A stretch of DNA of 64,000 nt from Neoechinorhynchus agilis. Taxonomy: Eukaryota; Animalia; Acanthocephala. Below, piece by piece: positions 1-12,589 of the stretch. A program made the translations under genes and the position numbers. Each line of letters opens with the position of its first letter. The stretch's first letter is position 1. The stretch lies in the NCBI GenBank assembly GCA_051530055.1, contig CM121343.1, positions 1,892,389 to 1,956,388 of the forward strand, read 5' to 3'. The notes under the pieces were generated by a model. That model ran no database searches, was not told the origin of the DNA, and was given only the letters and a program-made list of their open reading frames with translations.

Positions 1-1421
1 TACATGTTCACCGCAGTCAAAGTAAATACATCAATGAAAATCCTGCTGGATCTCTTCGCACCAACTCATCCGTCTCCGCTGCCACAACGACAACATCCGG
101 CACTTACGGAAGGGTTTCGACCCACGCAGTGAACCCGCCACAAAGCAACGTTATTAACAGCTCTATTCGATAGAAAACATGTAAGCTGAGACATTGTCAG
201 GGGATAGCTCCAATACAGCCTGTATTTCCATTCTATCCAACTCCTCAAAGTGTGCAAGTCTTGTAATGACAATAAAATGAATTTCTGAAGAAAAAATCGT
301 AATGAATGCTAAACTACCATTTTTTCAATATGATACACATTGACGGCCAATAAAAATAAACCTAGAATTCAGTTTATAGAATAAATGGCACCGTAGGTAT
401 CTACAATCGTTTTTGTTAACTAAAAATAAATCGATAACTTTGGGAGTATTTCATAATCAGAAGCCTGATACCATTTGCAACAAATACAGAAAAATTTAAG
501 AAATCCACGCATCAAAATCTTTATACAAAATAAAAAATTATATGTTTGCGTTGTGTAGACATCAATAAATCACATTTGCTGCCAATAAAGTTCAATTTAA
601 ACCTGTTATCTCTCGCGGTTGTAACTAAAAATTGTGTAGCAAACTGATTATTAAAAAATTTTCATTTTTGATGGATGAATAACGGGACTGATTTCATCTT
701 AAGAACTTATATTTATTAAAACTTCATTGAGACAAAAAGTCTCATTGTCTCGCACATTTTTTTACGGGATGATCGCGCAATATATATTTAATATTTCCTT
801 CCGGTATAACTCAGTATTTAATTAATTATATTTTAAGGGCATGGTTTTTATTCGTTGCAAGAAATATGAGTCAATTAATATCGAATATAGCGAATTGCGA
901 TCGTTTAAATGCTAATTTGTTACGTGGATCAACAGAATAGTCAGAGATTTCCCATGAGCAATGCTTACAAGTAGTAAAATTTGCATTCAATTCCTTAAAT
1001 TACTCCGGTGAATAGAGGTGTAAGAGATTTTGGGACATCCTACAATTAATTTCAAACCAATTTCGTCTTTGCTGTGATCGCAGTTCTCAGTCACCTTCGA
1101 AACCATTGAATCGTATTTTTATCCTTGCTTGAAAAAACAATTATACTGGTCAAGTGTATATAAAACACTTCTTGGTCGACACCAACATCCCATCCGTAAG
1201 TATATTAATAATGGCTAACAGGAATTTAGCCCTCTCCCAATTAAGTACAATTCTTGAGATCATTGTTAAATGCCTTATTCGCATCAATAGCACCACCTTA
1301 CCATTCGTTACCTTAATATTTCCATCATGATTTATACCGAAAAACCTATGTATTTACTTGATCTTACCAACGTGTGTTTTCCAATAATTTAAATAACCTT
1401 TAAAAAATTTACTCTACCGTT

Positions 1422-1510
1422 CAATGCTGCTAGCGTGATAGCGACAGCCGAGGAAGGAGAGAAGCTCTAATTTTACGGACGGTGGTGATTGCACGTTTTG
1501 TGCTTTATTA
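1422..1510 (+). mobile_element. 3'-terminal fragment of a CRE-like (RLE) non-LTR retrotransposon
   Basis: Near-identical to the reverse complement of 34590-34680 (NAASVIATAEEG..., tail cacgttttgt). Confidence 0.75.
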
Positions 1511-1590
1511 TAAAGAGTTTATATTCTAAAAAAGCACTACTTCTACTTTTAGAAGAGTTTTTGTAAAGAAATTAATCATTATTGTTTCAA

Positions 1591-1858
1591 TTTCAATTAG
1601 CGATATTCACTCAGAAATAGATTTATATTGAAAATTTTCGGCCTTTTCGCTGGCCTTCTTCAGTCAGATCTACAATTTAAAAGGAACATTATCAATTAGT
1701 TTATCCGGTGGGACTCGTAGATTGAGTTTGTAGTCAGCTTTGTTGCCAACAAAAGTACCTGTTTGCTGGATCATGATGGCTTCCATGGTCACTCTGTCGC
1801 GTCTTACGTCACTCCTCGCAAGAACTTCGACGCCGTCAAAATTGATCTCATGCCCATA
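1591..1858 (-). mobile_element. Penelope-like element 3' remnant (GIY-YIG C-terminus plus pLTR)
   Basis: Minus strand reads YGHEINFDGVEVLARSDVRRDRVTMEAIMIQQ...KL*, typical of the end of a PLE endonuclease, followed directly by an HHR motif. Confidence 0.75.
1628..1667 (-). ncRNA. Minimal type I hammerhead ribozyme (PLE family A)
   Basis: CTGAAGA-A-GGCC-agcgaaaa-GGCC-GAAA-AT-TT-TCAA; helix I has one mismatch. Confidence 0.7.
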
Positions 1859-2103
1859 AATTGAAAAAATTTTAGAAGAGTCACGTGAACGAATTCGTCA
1901 AGTCATTCTGAATGATGGCAAGATTGAACCAGAATTAATGGCCAAAATACTTGAAAAATTGATGTTCCAGTGCTTAAATGCTTAGTTAGTTTCGGCATTT
2001 GATTAAAAGTTAAGTGTGCAAAATAAAACTAGTTTTTGTAAATAAATTATTCATTATATTTTCCGTTTCAATTAGCGATGTTTGATTCAGAAATAGATTT
2101 ATC

Positions 2104-2143
2104 CTGAAAATTTTCGGCCTTTTCGTTAGCCTTCTTCAGTCAA
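2104..2143 (-). ncRNA. Minimal type I hammerhead ribozyme (family A)
   Basis: TTGA-CTGAAGA-A-GGCT-aacgaaaa-GGCC-GAAA-AT-TT-TCAG. Confidence 0.75.
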
Positions 2144-2413
2144 TCTGCAATTTAAAAGAAGCACTGTCCAATAGTTTATGCGGTGCGTTTCGCAGACTAA
2201 GTTTATAGCCAGACAAAAGCACCTGCTTGCTGGCTCATGATGGCTTGCATAGTCACTCTGTCGCGTCTTACGTCACTCCTCGCAAGAACCTCGACGCCAT
2301 CAAAATTGATTCCATACCCACTGCCATTTATGTGAGACACTAAGCTGACTACAAACTTAGTCTGCGAAACGCACCGCATAAACTATTGGACAATGCTTCT
2401 TTTAAATTGCAGA

Positions 2414-2453
2414 TTGACTGAAGAAGGCTAACGAAAAGGCCGAAAATTTTCAA
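2414..2453 (+). ncRNA. Minimal type I hammerhead ribozyme (family A)
   Basis: TTGA-CTGAAGA-A-GGCT-aacgaaaa-GGCC-GAAA-AT-TT-TCAA; palindromic AAATTT in place of stem III. Confidence 0.8.
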
Positions 2454-3779
2454 GATAAATCTATTTCTGAATCAAACATCGCTAATTGAACCGAAAACTA
2501 GTTTTATTTAATGGCAAAGCATTATTCGCCCTTAACCATTCGTAAATATCGAAACGCGGTTTTGAGGCAATCATCTAGGGCTGATCAGACTTCTCGATGA
2601 ATTTCCACCCGAAGTAAATCACGAAAAGTAAATCATCAACATGCTCAAAACGTATCTAAGATAAAGAGAGCAGTTACAATTGTTGGTTTAGACAACAAAG
2701 CTACGAAATAACAAATACTTAAATTTGTTTGGTGATCATCTAAATGTCCTGCTCCTCCAGATACACTAAAATTTAGGTTCATGTTATTAAAGCAAAAATT
2801 AAAATACACGTAGCTAAACAGTTGCTTCTGAAATAAGAAAATTCTTTAGACAAAAGGTTTAATATTTTCCTTTGCACCAAAGAAAGTATGAGAAATCGGA
2901 TTAATTATACAGATCCTGGAAATAAAATAGTCGACAGAGGACACTAGTTGTTCTTGGGGTCCATTTCTCCCGAAAAAGAACAAGCTTGCCCCCACGAATG
3001 TCTTAATAATTGTAAAAACTAACCTTAACTTCATAGCTCTTATCACAAGAGCGCCGAGTTTATAAAAAAACATTGAAGAGTTGTGTTAACAGTTTTCCGG
3101 ACGATAGAACTCGGGTAATCAATGCACAAAACACAACTCGATTTTTTTAAAGTTAAGCGCTCCTCTATTAGAATGAGCTTGTAGTTTAATATTAAGACGT
3201 CTTCCTAAAGCCGAGGACTCGCAGAAGGCGATAATTAAAGATTTGCCCTTGCTTAAAAGCAGGTTAGTTGTCTTAAAGATTTTATTCATTTCTAGAAAAG
3301 TCCAGTTAACGAGATGCAAGACTGTGTTAGCAAGTTTTATCGTGGATAAAAACAAAAACATCATCCGCATAAACCAACGGACAAATGTATTTGTGGTTCG
3401 GAAATCCTTTAAAATATATGCCATTGCGATGGCAAAGAGAGTGGGAGATAAAGGAGATTATACTCCATATTTGCTATCGAGCTTGTAAAAAATGATTCTG
3501 TCTCTATCAAATATTTGATCTTCAGAGAGAAAAAAATTTGAGTGTTTAAAAAATTCCATCGCCTAGTAAACTACAACTCAGTCAATGAGCCGAATGCTTC
3601 TGAAATATCCATTTGGATTAAAACCTTGTTTATATGGGATATTTCATTAAAATGTCGATCTGTGAGGTACCGGGGTATTTGATTAGAATTATTGTTTATT
3701 TCTTCACCTGGTAAACAATTTGTTATTAAAAACATTTCGAACATCGTCGGGTTCATAATCAGATATCGGGTGTAGGGAC

Positions 3780-4230
3780 TCCTAAATGGCGGGGGGGGCG
3801 TTTGAGTCGGTAGATTTTAAAGGTATTGCGTTTGAGGGAAACTGTAATGCGCGAGTCCCATTTCAGATTTTATTGAAATTGCAGACCCGTAATTCTGAGG
3901 TTAGTGACTTCTCGGATGTCATTTGGAAGATCAGGGCAGAATATGGGGTCGCGAGAGAATGACGGGTTCAACTCGAAGCATTTAGAGAAGTTCTGGTGGA
4001 AGTCGACATATAAGAAAAGTTTAGAGTGAGAGAGGTTTGAGGTCGTTTAAGAAAATATAAAAAAGAAGTGGTGACAGGACGGTACCTTGAGGTACGCCTT
4101 TGGTGAGGGATAGGATGATAGATGAGGTAGAACGGCAGTGAATTTATTGTTGACGATTGCGAAGCTAAGATTCCAGCCAGTGGATCCGCCACAAGTTTAG
4201 ATCGAAATCCGTGTCGATTTTTCATTGGGC
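3780..4230 (-). mobile_element. Decayed LINE reverse-transcriptase fragment
   Basis: Frameshifted HGFRSK and KGVPQGTVLSPLLFYIFLNDLKPLSHSKLFLYVD; same family as 48737-49375. Confidence 0.7.
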
Positions 4231-4574
4231 ACTACACTGAAGATAGAAACGGTATAGTCGTCAAAACTATGCATTTATTGTGAAATAGATAATCTCTATA
4301 GCATATCGTTCGAAATTTGTATCTGCAGCATGTTTATGATTTCCGTTTCACGTGCGAATACACCTCAAACCAATGACATTTAAATCAAAATGACACACAT
4401 TTACCTTCCGGCATATGTGAGCTTATTGGGTGATAAATTGGAGCCGGTATGTACCCAAAAGTCTTTATAAATGTGGATCAGCGTGAGGCTTAAATAGGGT
4501 ATCTTTAACATTGAACATGAAAACTGACATATGTGATGATAATCCCGGATAATAGATATTTTATTGATAAAAAA

Positions 4575-4608
4575 ATATTTCGCAAAGTAGCCTTGTTTCA
4601 TCAGTAAT
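4575..4608 (-). ncRNA. Degenerate hammerhead motif
   Basis: CTGATGA-A-ACAAG-gctac-TTTGC-GAAA-TA-TT; the stem II closing pair is broken. Confidence 0.4.
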
Positions 4609-4779
4609 CTAAAGCGGTTTCAGTTACCTTGTATAATATTGCTCGGGTTGGCGGCATCACCATTCCCGAGGTTCGAGGACCGTATGTATATAATAATGAT
4701 TTATTCGGAAAGGCACACGCTAGTATGAAAAATCAAGAATGTGGGTCACAAGAGATAAAGACGCTCACATATCTTATCC

Positions 4780-7700
4780 ATTTAAGCATTTTTGTCGCGG
4801 GCCAAGAGGCGTATTGACCGAAAGCAGGCGTTGTTCTGACGGTCTGCCTCTAGAGAAGAAGACAAGGCCCGAAATGGCCCAGGAATTTCAGTCCGATTTG
4901 ATTGCGTTTAGTCCAATACATAGACTAAATGCAGTTTTGCCTTTGATTCTGGCAATCTTCAGCGGTTTCTTGAGCTTAAATATGTCGTGCGTAATACTCA
5001 AATTAGTACTGAAAGTAACTGGAGAGGCTATCCAGCTTAAAGAAGTTCGAACAGAATTCTCTAACTTTGTGTTTTTGTAGCACAGATTTAGATTTTAAAA
5101 TAAATTTTAGGCCCATCAGAGAAAGCTTATCAATGAGAAAGGAAAAAGGCTGGATAATTTCGAGATCGCGCCCATATAGTTGGGCTCCTTGATGATGACA
5201 GTCAGATCATCTGCATAGCAAGTGGAAGACTAGCACATTGAACAGTTCTGTACAATGAATTGCGTGGCCAGACAGAATAAAATGGGCGAAAGTGGTGATC
5301 CTTATGTTAAGCCCTTGAGAGAATAAAAAAGGTTTTAGATAGATCATCACCGAAATAAAATTTGTTGACCTCAATGTGTTATTGACACGAGCAATATTAT
5401 TACATGGAAAATTAAAAAAAGTAAGATATTAGCGACAAAGTCTAAGTTGACTCTGTCAAATGCTTTCTTCATATCAAAGGATATTAAGACATTCATAGAC
5501 CGGACATCGTTAGAAAAATTGCTTATTATTTTTCTTATTGTTGTGGGCACAGATTTCCTGGGTAAAAAGGAATGGCAGCGGTTATCGATGCAGCCGTGTT
5601 CCATAGCGAAACGTAGGATGAGCTTCGCAAAAGCCGGCTCATGAATGTTCACCAAGGAGTTTTGAATGGAAATGGGCATAACTTGATCAGTTGAAGTAAT
5701 GGCTTGGCGTTTATTTTTCAGAAAAATTCGTTTAGCCATGTTAATCTGGGACTATTCCTCGGGGAAGCGGAAATCAACAATTGAGAGAGGAGCCCTACAT
5801 TTGGTACATTAAGGACATTAGTTGCTTTAAATGGCAAGGAAGATCCGTTGTGAGAAGAAAGATTCTTTGAAATCCACGAGTTCGAAATATCCGACTGTTT
5901 TAAATCAAGCCTCCTGTGGACGATTGGCATAAAAGCGTCACCGAAGGGGAGGTACGACAGCCTTCAGAGTGAAACTCAAAGTCTTGAGGACGTTGTCAAT
6001 ACCGAGGTTTTTAATCCATCTTCCATCAGCTGCTGAACGCCAAGAACGAAATGTTTTGCGCGAAACCACTCTCCACCAAGAGGAGGAATATCCCCCGAGA
6101 GAAGCTAATTTCATCTTGTCCAGGCAAAGTTGGTTTCACGCCCGGCAAGGCCAATATAAGGAGCTCCAAAACTTTACAGATGCATTATCGCCACACTCCT
6201 TCGCTAGGAGGTAAAGCCCCACAGAGGGAAAGCAATTTGGGTTTAGTTTGAGATGATAACGATCGATTAGCCGTGGTAAGAAAAGCAATACTGTATTGGG
6301 CGAGGAATCCGTTGATATCGCCTGGCTTAAGAAAAACAGAGCCGAAGCATTAAAAAGGCTTATGTTTAGGGAAGACAATTTAAATTTCTTATTTAGAAGA
6401 ATATTATCGAAATTCCACACGATCAAATCGTGCCCTGCCCGGTGGAAGAGAGCAGTCTGGGAGGTCACGACCGGCTTTATTGAGCAAGTATTTTTCATCA
6501 ACAAAGGTCCAAGTAGGACATGGATTAATGAGTCGTAAAAGTTGGGTAAGGTGGGATGATAATCGAATAAGAACGTGCCGATCGAGTGATTGATTTAATC
6601 CATTTATGAGACGGATCATTATAGTCCCCGAACAAATAAGCTAAATGGACTTTACCCGGGCTTATATATACGTTAGCTAAGAGAAACTTCCTCCCTGTAA
6701 TAAAAATTGAAAATATCGTATGAGAGATCCGTAGAAGAGTACTCGGATACCCGCGACGGGAGCAAACTGCGTCAAACGATCAATAAAAGGCCCTGTAAAT
6801 GATTTGAAAGAGGCGACATAATTTTGATACAGGAAACGAAATTTATTTCAAATATAGAAGATCTTCCTTCCAACTTCCAGAGCTTATCCAATGATTTCTG
6901 TTTCTTGATAATCTCGATATCAGTCGCTGACGAATTCAAATTGGTTGCGGCCTTTGCGGACGTTTGTATGGAGCCTGACGGACGTATCGAATCGAGGTAA
7001 GCTAGTATTGATGGACGCCAATAGCGAATCGAAGTGGTGGTTGGTTAGGCGCTTTTCGAGGTTTTGTAACGATCAATAAAAGGCCCTGTGAATGATTCGA
7101 AAGAGGCGACATAATTTTGATACAGGAAACGAAATTTATTTCAAATATAGAAGATCTTCCTTCCAACTTCCAGAGCTTATCCAATGATTTCTGTTTCTTG
7201 ATAATCTCGATATCAGTCGCTGACGAAATGAAATTGGTTGCGGCCTTTGCGGACGTTTGTGTGGAGCCTGACGGACGTATCGAATCGAGGTAAGCTACTA
7301 TTGATGGACGCCAATAGGAATCGAAGTGGTGGTTGGTTAGGCGCTTTTCGAGATTTTGTAACGATCATAAAAGGCCCTGTGAATGATTCGAAAGAGGCGA
7401 CATAATTTTGATACAGGAAACGAAATTTATTTCAAATATAGAAGATCTTCCTTCCAACTTCCAGAGCTTATCCAATGATTTCTGTTTCTTGATAATCTCG
7501 ATATCAGTCGCTGACGAATTCAAATTGGTTGCGGCCTTTGCGGACGTTTGTGTGGAGCCTGACGGACGTATCGAATCGAGGTAAGCTACTATTGATGGAC
7601 GCCAATAGTGAATCGAAGTGGTGGTTGGTTAGGCGCTTTTCGAGATTTTGTAACGATCAATAAAAGGCCCTGTGAATGATTCGAAAGAGGCGACATAATT

Positions 7701-8950
7701 TTGATACAGGAAACGAAATTTATTTCAAATATAGAAGATCTTCCTTCCAACTTCCAGAGCTTATCCAATGATTTCTGTTTCTTGATAATCTCGATATCAG
7801 TCGCTGACGAATTGAAATTGGTTGCGGCCTTTGCGGACGTTTGTGTGGAGCCTAACGGACATATCGAATCGAGTTAAGCTACTATTGATGGACGCCAATA
7901 GCGAATCGAAGTGGTGGTTGGTTAGGCGCGGTGCTGCTGCATCATTCGATCCAAATTGTCCTGTTGGACATCCGTGGATCGAGTAGCAGTTATACCTGTT
8001 GATACGAACGGTATCGGCGTCTACGCGTGATGAGATTGATTCGAAGGAGGAGTCGTATTTGTGCGTTTTTGCCATGCCGTGCCAACGTTGACTGCGGCTA
8101 GTTGCTTCTGTTGAGCCCAGAAACGTACTTGGTTTGGTGAACGCGTAGTGGCCGATTTGACCGCAATTAGCACATCTCCGGATACTTTTCGGACAATTGT
8201 CTGCAGTATGCTCCAGTGCACAGAATGGGCACCGGATTTGTTTATTAGGAAATTTCTGCGTTCAGTGGCCCCATTGTTGACATTTGTTACATCGCGGATA
8301 ATGAAAATCATCGGAGTGAGATATCTCATTTGCTATAAACTTTATATGCACTCGTGAGATCGTCCCTGATGTGGGCAGAAGCCTTTACTACGGCCAGTGG
8401 AATCGGAGCGTTCGTTTTGCTCAGCTTCAGAAAAAATAATATTTGACAGTTGAATTTGTTTCCGAACTCCTTACGATCAGCCATATCGACATGAGGAGAC
8501 AATCCTGAGACAATGAACGTCGAATCATAATTTCCGATTGATAGAGAGGTTCCTGTCATGTCGCAGTTCTTGACGACGAACTCCTTAAACTGCTCAAGAT
8601 GATTTTTGTCGACAAAGTGTATTTTTAGCTTTCCGCCATAGTGTGAAATCGACCGAACTCGCTCACGATCGTCTTTGATTTTTTTAGCCGTGGCGATAGC
8701 ACTCGAGAGTGCAAGCTTTCTCGTGGCAGAATGGGTTATGAATCGATGAAGGCCGCATTTGGCCATCTTTTGGTAGGACGATCGATGTAGCAACAATCGC
8801 CATTTGAATTGGGTTGTATCTTGTCCGATGAGACAGGAGTAGGATCGGAACAATAAAGTTGAGAAATGGATGTCCGCTTGGCACCCTCCGCCGCCGCCAT
8901 AACAGGTAGCGGAAACATGTTGTAGTGGCCGTATATCCGCTGGAGTACCC
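4780..8950 (-). mobile_element. Decayed near full-length LINE (gag-like ORF1, APE, RT; I/Jockey-type architecture)
   Basis: ORF 8326-8853 aligns with ORF1 at 50145; APE FGDYNDPSHKW; RT SFDMKKAFDRV, GSPLSPILF, YADDLT; many frameshifts. Confidence 0.85.
6775..7928. repeat. Tandem array of about four 292-293 bp units inside the LINE
   Basis: Units start at 6775, 7068, 7360 and 7652 (aacgatcaataaaaggccctgt) and are about 97% identical. Confidence 0.95.
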
Positions 8951-8959
8951 CCTTCATTG

Positions 8960-9800
8960 TATTGTGTTTTTCATTGTTTTTTAATAAGTCGGTGGCCGTT
9001 CGTTTTAAGCTAAAGTTTTTTCCTTGTGATTGCTTGTTTATGTTGAACTATCCTCTTCTTCATGCAACTCTTCGTTTGTCCGATATGCGCTCTATTACAT
9101 TGTACGCATTGTATTTTGTAAATCCCGTGAGTCGTATCAGAGCGTCTCTTCTTTGGAGCGTTTCCGAGGGTTATCCCTTTATTGTTGTACAATCCAGTCT
9201 TTTTCTTCGTAATAAAGTGGATTTTGTGATTTGTTTCATCGTTTATGAAGTTCACTCTTTCGAAGGCAATGGACTTTGTAGACGAATTTGTGTTGCGTTG
9301 TCGGTAAATGGATCCAGCGGAAATAATCCTTACTTCCCATTCCTCTGCCATGGAGCATAAAAGCTCATCGAAAATAAGAAATGACTGCGGAAATTTTATA
9401 CCTCATAGATGTTCACCATTACACTTTCGGCTTACGAGATAATGCACTGAACACTTTGCCTAGTGCTGAACATTTAATCAGAACACCCAAAAACGAAATC
9501 TCACCATCACCATTCTCGCTATTGATCGTCCATGGCATGTGTGGATCTTGACCATTCAGAACTGCATTTAGTTAGTCGTTGCTCTTTTTTTGAATCAACC
9601 TCGTTGGTCGTTCAAGTCTTTTTTAATTTATCGCCTAACGTTATCGTGCTCAGGTGCTATAATCATAGATTGATTGAGTGGTCAGTTTGTTCAACGCTGC
9701 TGTACTCAGCGTAGCTTGTGCTCGACCAATCTCGTCTTCAGATTCCGGTCTGAACTGAACATCTTATTAAAAACGTGGTCTACAAAGTGAAGACCAAAGC
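8960..9800 (-). mobile_element. PLE remnant (RT thumb region plus GIY-YIG)
   Basis: LNGQDPHMPWTINSENGDGEISFLGVLI...RKP, then GIYKIQCVQCNRAHIGQTKSCMKKRIVQH (ORF 9010-9351). Confidence 0.8.
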
Positions 9801-10366
9801 AACAAATTTAATCAACTTCCCCCTCCCCGGTACCTCACCTATAAACGTTATTTAAGTCATTTTTTCCGTTTGATATAACGCCTTGGATTTGAATTGATTA
9901 ATTTATTACCTTGTGACAAGACCTTGATAATGTCGGAATTGACGAAAAAACATCGGTAATAAATTAGTCAATTTAAAATGACTACCAAAAAAAAGTATAT
10001 TTCCCCCAAAGATAACAATTCAAGACATTAAGTCATTTTATTCTTGATTTTGCATGAGATGTGAAGAGATCTATCATAGTGATGATTTATTCTTTAATGT
10101 AAGGTGGTGAAGTGGATGTGTGAGATGGAGACACAGCAATATTGAGAGAGAGATGAAACATTGTACCTATTTCAACTCGCATAACGGTGCAACAATGTGA
10201 TTGCAAATCAGAGTACACGCACAAGAACTCAATGGCACGTACGCACTTATTTGTTTTCTACCATAAGCTGAAATCCAATTGTTTTTGTTGTGATTGTGGG
10301 TGGATGCAACTGAGCAGCGAGCGAAAGATAGGTACACAAGCATCACTCATATAAATTCGACTTTTC

Positions 10367-12166
10367 TTAAACGATACTTTCTTCGAGCAAATAGGCTACT
10401 TCTTCATTATCATTATTGATCACCTTCGTTTGGATGTGATTAGCAGAAGACCACTTGTGAATCGTGTTAGCAATCAAATAGTTTTCAAATGAACTTAAAG
10501 AGACCGGAGCGGAGTTGGAGAATATCTTGACCATACTTCTTGCCTTCAACACATAATTAGAAGGTAGATAGTAACTTATTGAAACGTTGTGATCGCTAAC
10601 TTGCACCACTGACCATCCGGTCATGTCAACGTCTGCGGTGTATGAATTGTTTCTAATCGAAATGAAATTCTCGTTGGGGTCACATTCTTCAATGGCAATC
10701 GGGCCCGTGCTCCGCTTCTGTATCACTTTCCTCTTTGTCGTATATAGCTTTCCAGCGCCGCTCGACGACAATATGCCACCGTACAACTCGCTACCAGCAG
10801 CCGTGGCTGTGCCTGATGAATATGTAGAAGATCCACTGATTCCAGAAGCGTCAGCTATACCCGCTCCACCGACATTATAACGATAACTCTCCGATGAGCG
10901 TCCTACACCAACGCCCATCGATCCAGCGGCTGCACTATGAACTCCTGAAATTGAACCGGCATTAGATGTGAGGTGAAACTCTTCACTTTCCAATAGACGA
11001 CGGTAGGTGTTAATTTCGAAACGCAAGCTAACGTTGTTTTCAATAGTGGAACGGAGGGAATCTTGATATGATTGAATTTGAGCATTGAGTTGCATCAGTT
11101 CCATTTCCTTTTGGGCATCACGCCTTTCCTGTTCAGTTCGAATATCCATGATATCTTGCTCGATATTTCTTAAAGTATTCTGAAGAGAGTAGTTTTCATT
11201 TTCTAGACGCCCGCGTTCGTCTGTCATATCCTTAAGTGAGTCCTTAAGGCTACCTAAATCCATGACCTCAACCCTACCAAAAGCCTTTGCTTCTTCTATT
11301 TTTCTCTTTTCATCCGCTACTTGATCCTTCATTTCCTCCGTTCTGACCTTATAGTAAGCCTCAATTTCATTTTTCTGGACACTACTGAGAGTTTCGAAAT
11401 CCCGACGAATATCATTTATAGCTTTGGTGAGTTCACTTCTATAGAACTGTGAAACGTCGAATTGGGGAACAGCGAGATGCTGAAATTCCCTGATTTCCTC
11501 CTCATGGAGTGCCCGCTGGAACACAAGTTGATCTCCGAGGGTTTGGATCACATTCTGAAGAATGATTCGTTCATAAGTGCAACTGTCGAGTTCGTTTTTG
11601 AGATCGTTCAAGTTATTTAGATTGGTATCAAGGTCACCTTTATAGCGTCTCAGTTCAAGAAGAGTATCTCTATATCGATTTTCCAGTGCGTCCATTTCAG
11701 ATAGATACATTTCACGTTGTTGGGTAAGTGATCCAAGCTTTTGCCGGTCATCATTGATAAGGTTGTAAATGAAATCGATTTTGCCATTTAGCAGGTCTGC
11801 TTCGTATTCAAAGCTTTTCATGAATACTTCTGACCTGCACTTGACACGTTCTGCATCATCTATCTTTGCTCTAAGGTTTTGAAGCTCAGCGTCGTACTGA
11901 TCGCGGACTTTTCCGGTTTCGAATCCCCATTTTTTCTTAATATCATCTAGTTCCGCTTCCAGTTGTTTATTCTGGTTTTCAAGCTGACGGACTCTACTCA
12001 AGTATACACCGAATTTCTCGTTCAGATGTTGTAATTCACGCTTATCGTTTTCATGTTCCACGGCCATGCTTCTGATTGCGGAACTTCCTAGGACGGCACC
12101 GGCCTTGGTCTTTTCTCGGACGCCACTTTCAATAATAGTACGACGAATGATAGATGGACTGTCCAT
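10367..12166 (-). CDS. Cytoplasmic intermediate filament protein, protostome type, 599 aa, single exon
   Basis: Coil 1A LQHLNEKFGVYLSRVRQLE; rod end EINTYRRLLESEE; lamin-tail domain GPIAIEECDPNENFISIRN; no CaaX box. Confidence 0.93.
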   Translation of the reverse strand: MDSPSIIRRTIIESGVREKTKAGAVLGSSAIRSMAVEHENDKRELQHLNEKFGVYLSRVRQLENQNKQLEAELDDIKKKWGFETGKVRDQYDAELQNLRAKIDDAERVKCRSEVFMKSFEYEADLLNGKIDFIYNLINDDRQKLGSLTQQREMYLSEMDALENRYRDTLLELRRYKGDLDTNLNNLNDLKNELDSCTYERIILQNVIQTLGDQLVFQRALHEEEIREFQHLAVPQFDVSQFYRSELTKAINDIRRDFETLSSVQKNEIEAYYKVRTEEMKDQVADEKRKIEEAKAFGRVEVMDLGSLKDSLKDMTDERGRLENENYSLQNTLRNIEQDIMDIRTEQERRDAQKEMELMQLNAQIQSYQDSLRSTIENNVSLRFEINTYRRLLESEEFHLTSNAGSISGVHSAAAGSMGVGVGRSSESYRYNVGGAGIADASGISGSSTYSSGTATAAGSELYGGILSSSGAGKLYTTKRKVIQKRSTGPIAIEECDPNENFISIRNNSYTADVDMTGWSVVQVSDHNVSISYYLPSNYVLKARSMVKIFSNSAPVSLSSFENYLIANTIHKWSSANHIQTKVINNDNEEVAYLLEESIV

Positions 12167-12589
12167 TGCTCTTCTTCTATAATGAGAGATTTGAAAGGAT
12201 ATTCCCGCTGATTAGGCTTACTGGAATCGATGTGGCTGAGTATCTCTCGCTCGCAGTGTGCTTCTGGCCCTTTGTGAGTTGGTGTGCGTGGTGCGCGTCT
12301 ATATATATAAGCATGAGTGTGCGAATGCGCAGATTTGAGAATGAGCGACAAAGAACGAGGCATACAAATGAGGCTTTCGTTCAAAAAAGCAAGCGAGTGT
12401 GCATGTGAATGTGTCGCATTGTGCAGCGAAACGCGGTTTCGTCCTTCTGAGTGATGGCATGTGAGCGACTTCTTATAGGGTGGAGGGCTGCCTTGTTTTA
12501 TTCTCTCAGATGAAGATCAAATGCGAAAAACGATGATTTTTGCGCTTACTGTTGTTGGTGCCACCAGTGTGCCAGCATTACCACACCCC

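Larger units (their letters stand above)
2049..2490. mobile_element. 5'-truncated PLE with inverted pLTR (arms 2067-2208 and 2349-2490)
   Basis: 142-bp inverted arms with about 3 mismatches; the 140-bp spacer encodes GIY-YIG C-terminus (GYGINFDGVEVLARSDVRRDR) on the minus strand. Confidence 0.8.

Noticed and set aside
1150-1260. WW-domain-like YGWDVGVDQ on the minus strand; 26-nt intron-like motif on the plus strand
   Set aside because: No consistent open frame either way.
2520-3500. Short ORFs here and at 14740-15600, 17030-17370, 23086-23918, 24979-25560 and 45677-45895
   Set aside because: Some look exon-like, but I could not assign a family or build a gene model; left uncalled.
9894-9972. 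Hammerhead inside a 17-bp hairpin
   Set aside because: The core is TTGATAA with a 13-nt insertion; too degenerate to call.
10367-12166. Nuclear lamin
   Set aside because: No CaaX box, and the head and tail sequence is of cytoplasmic IF type.
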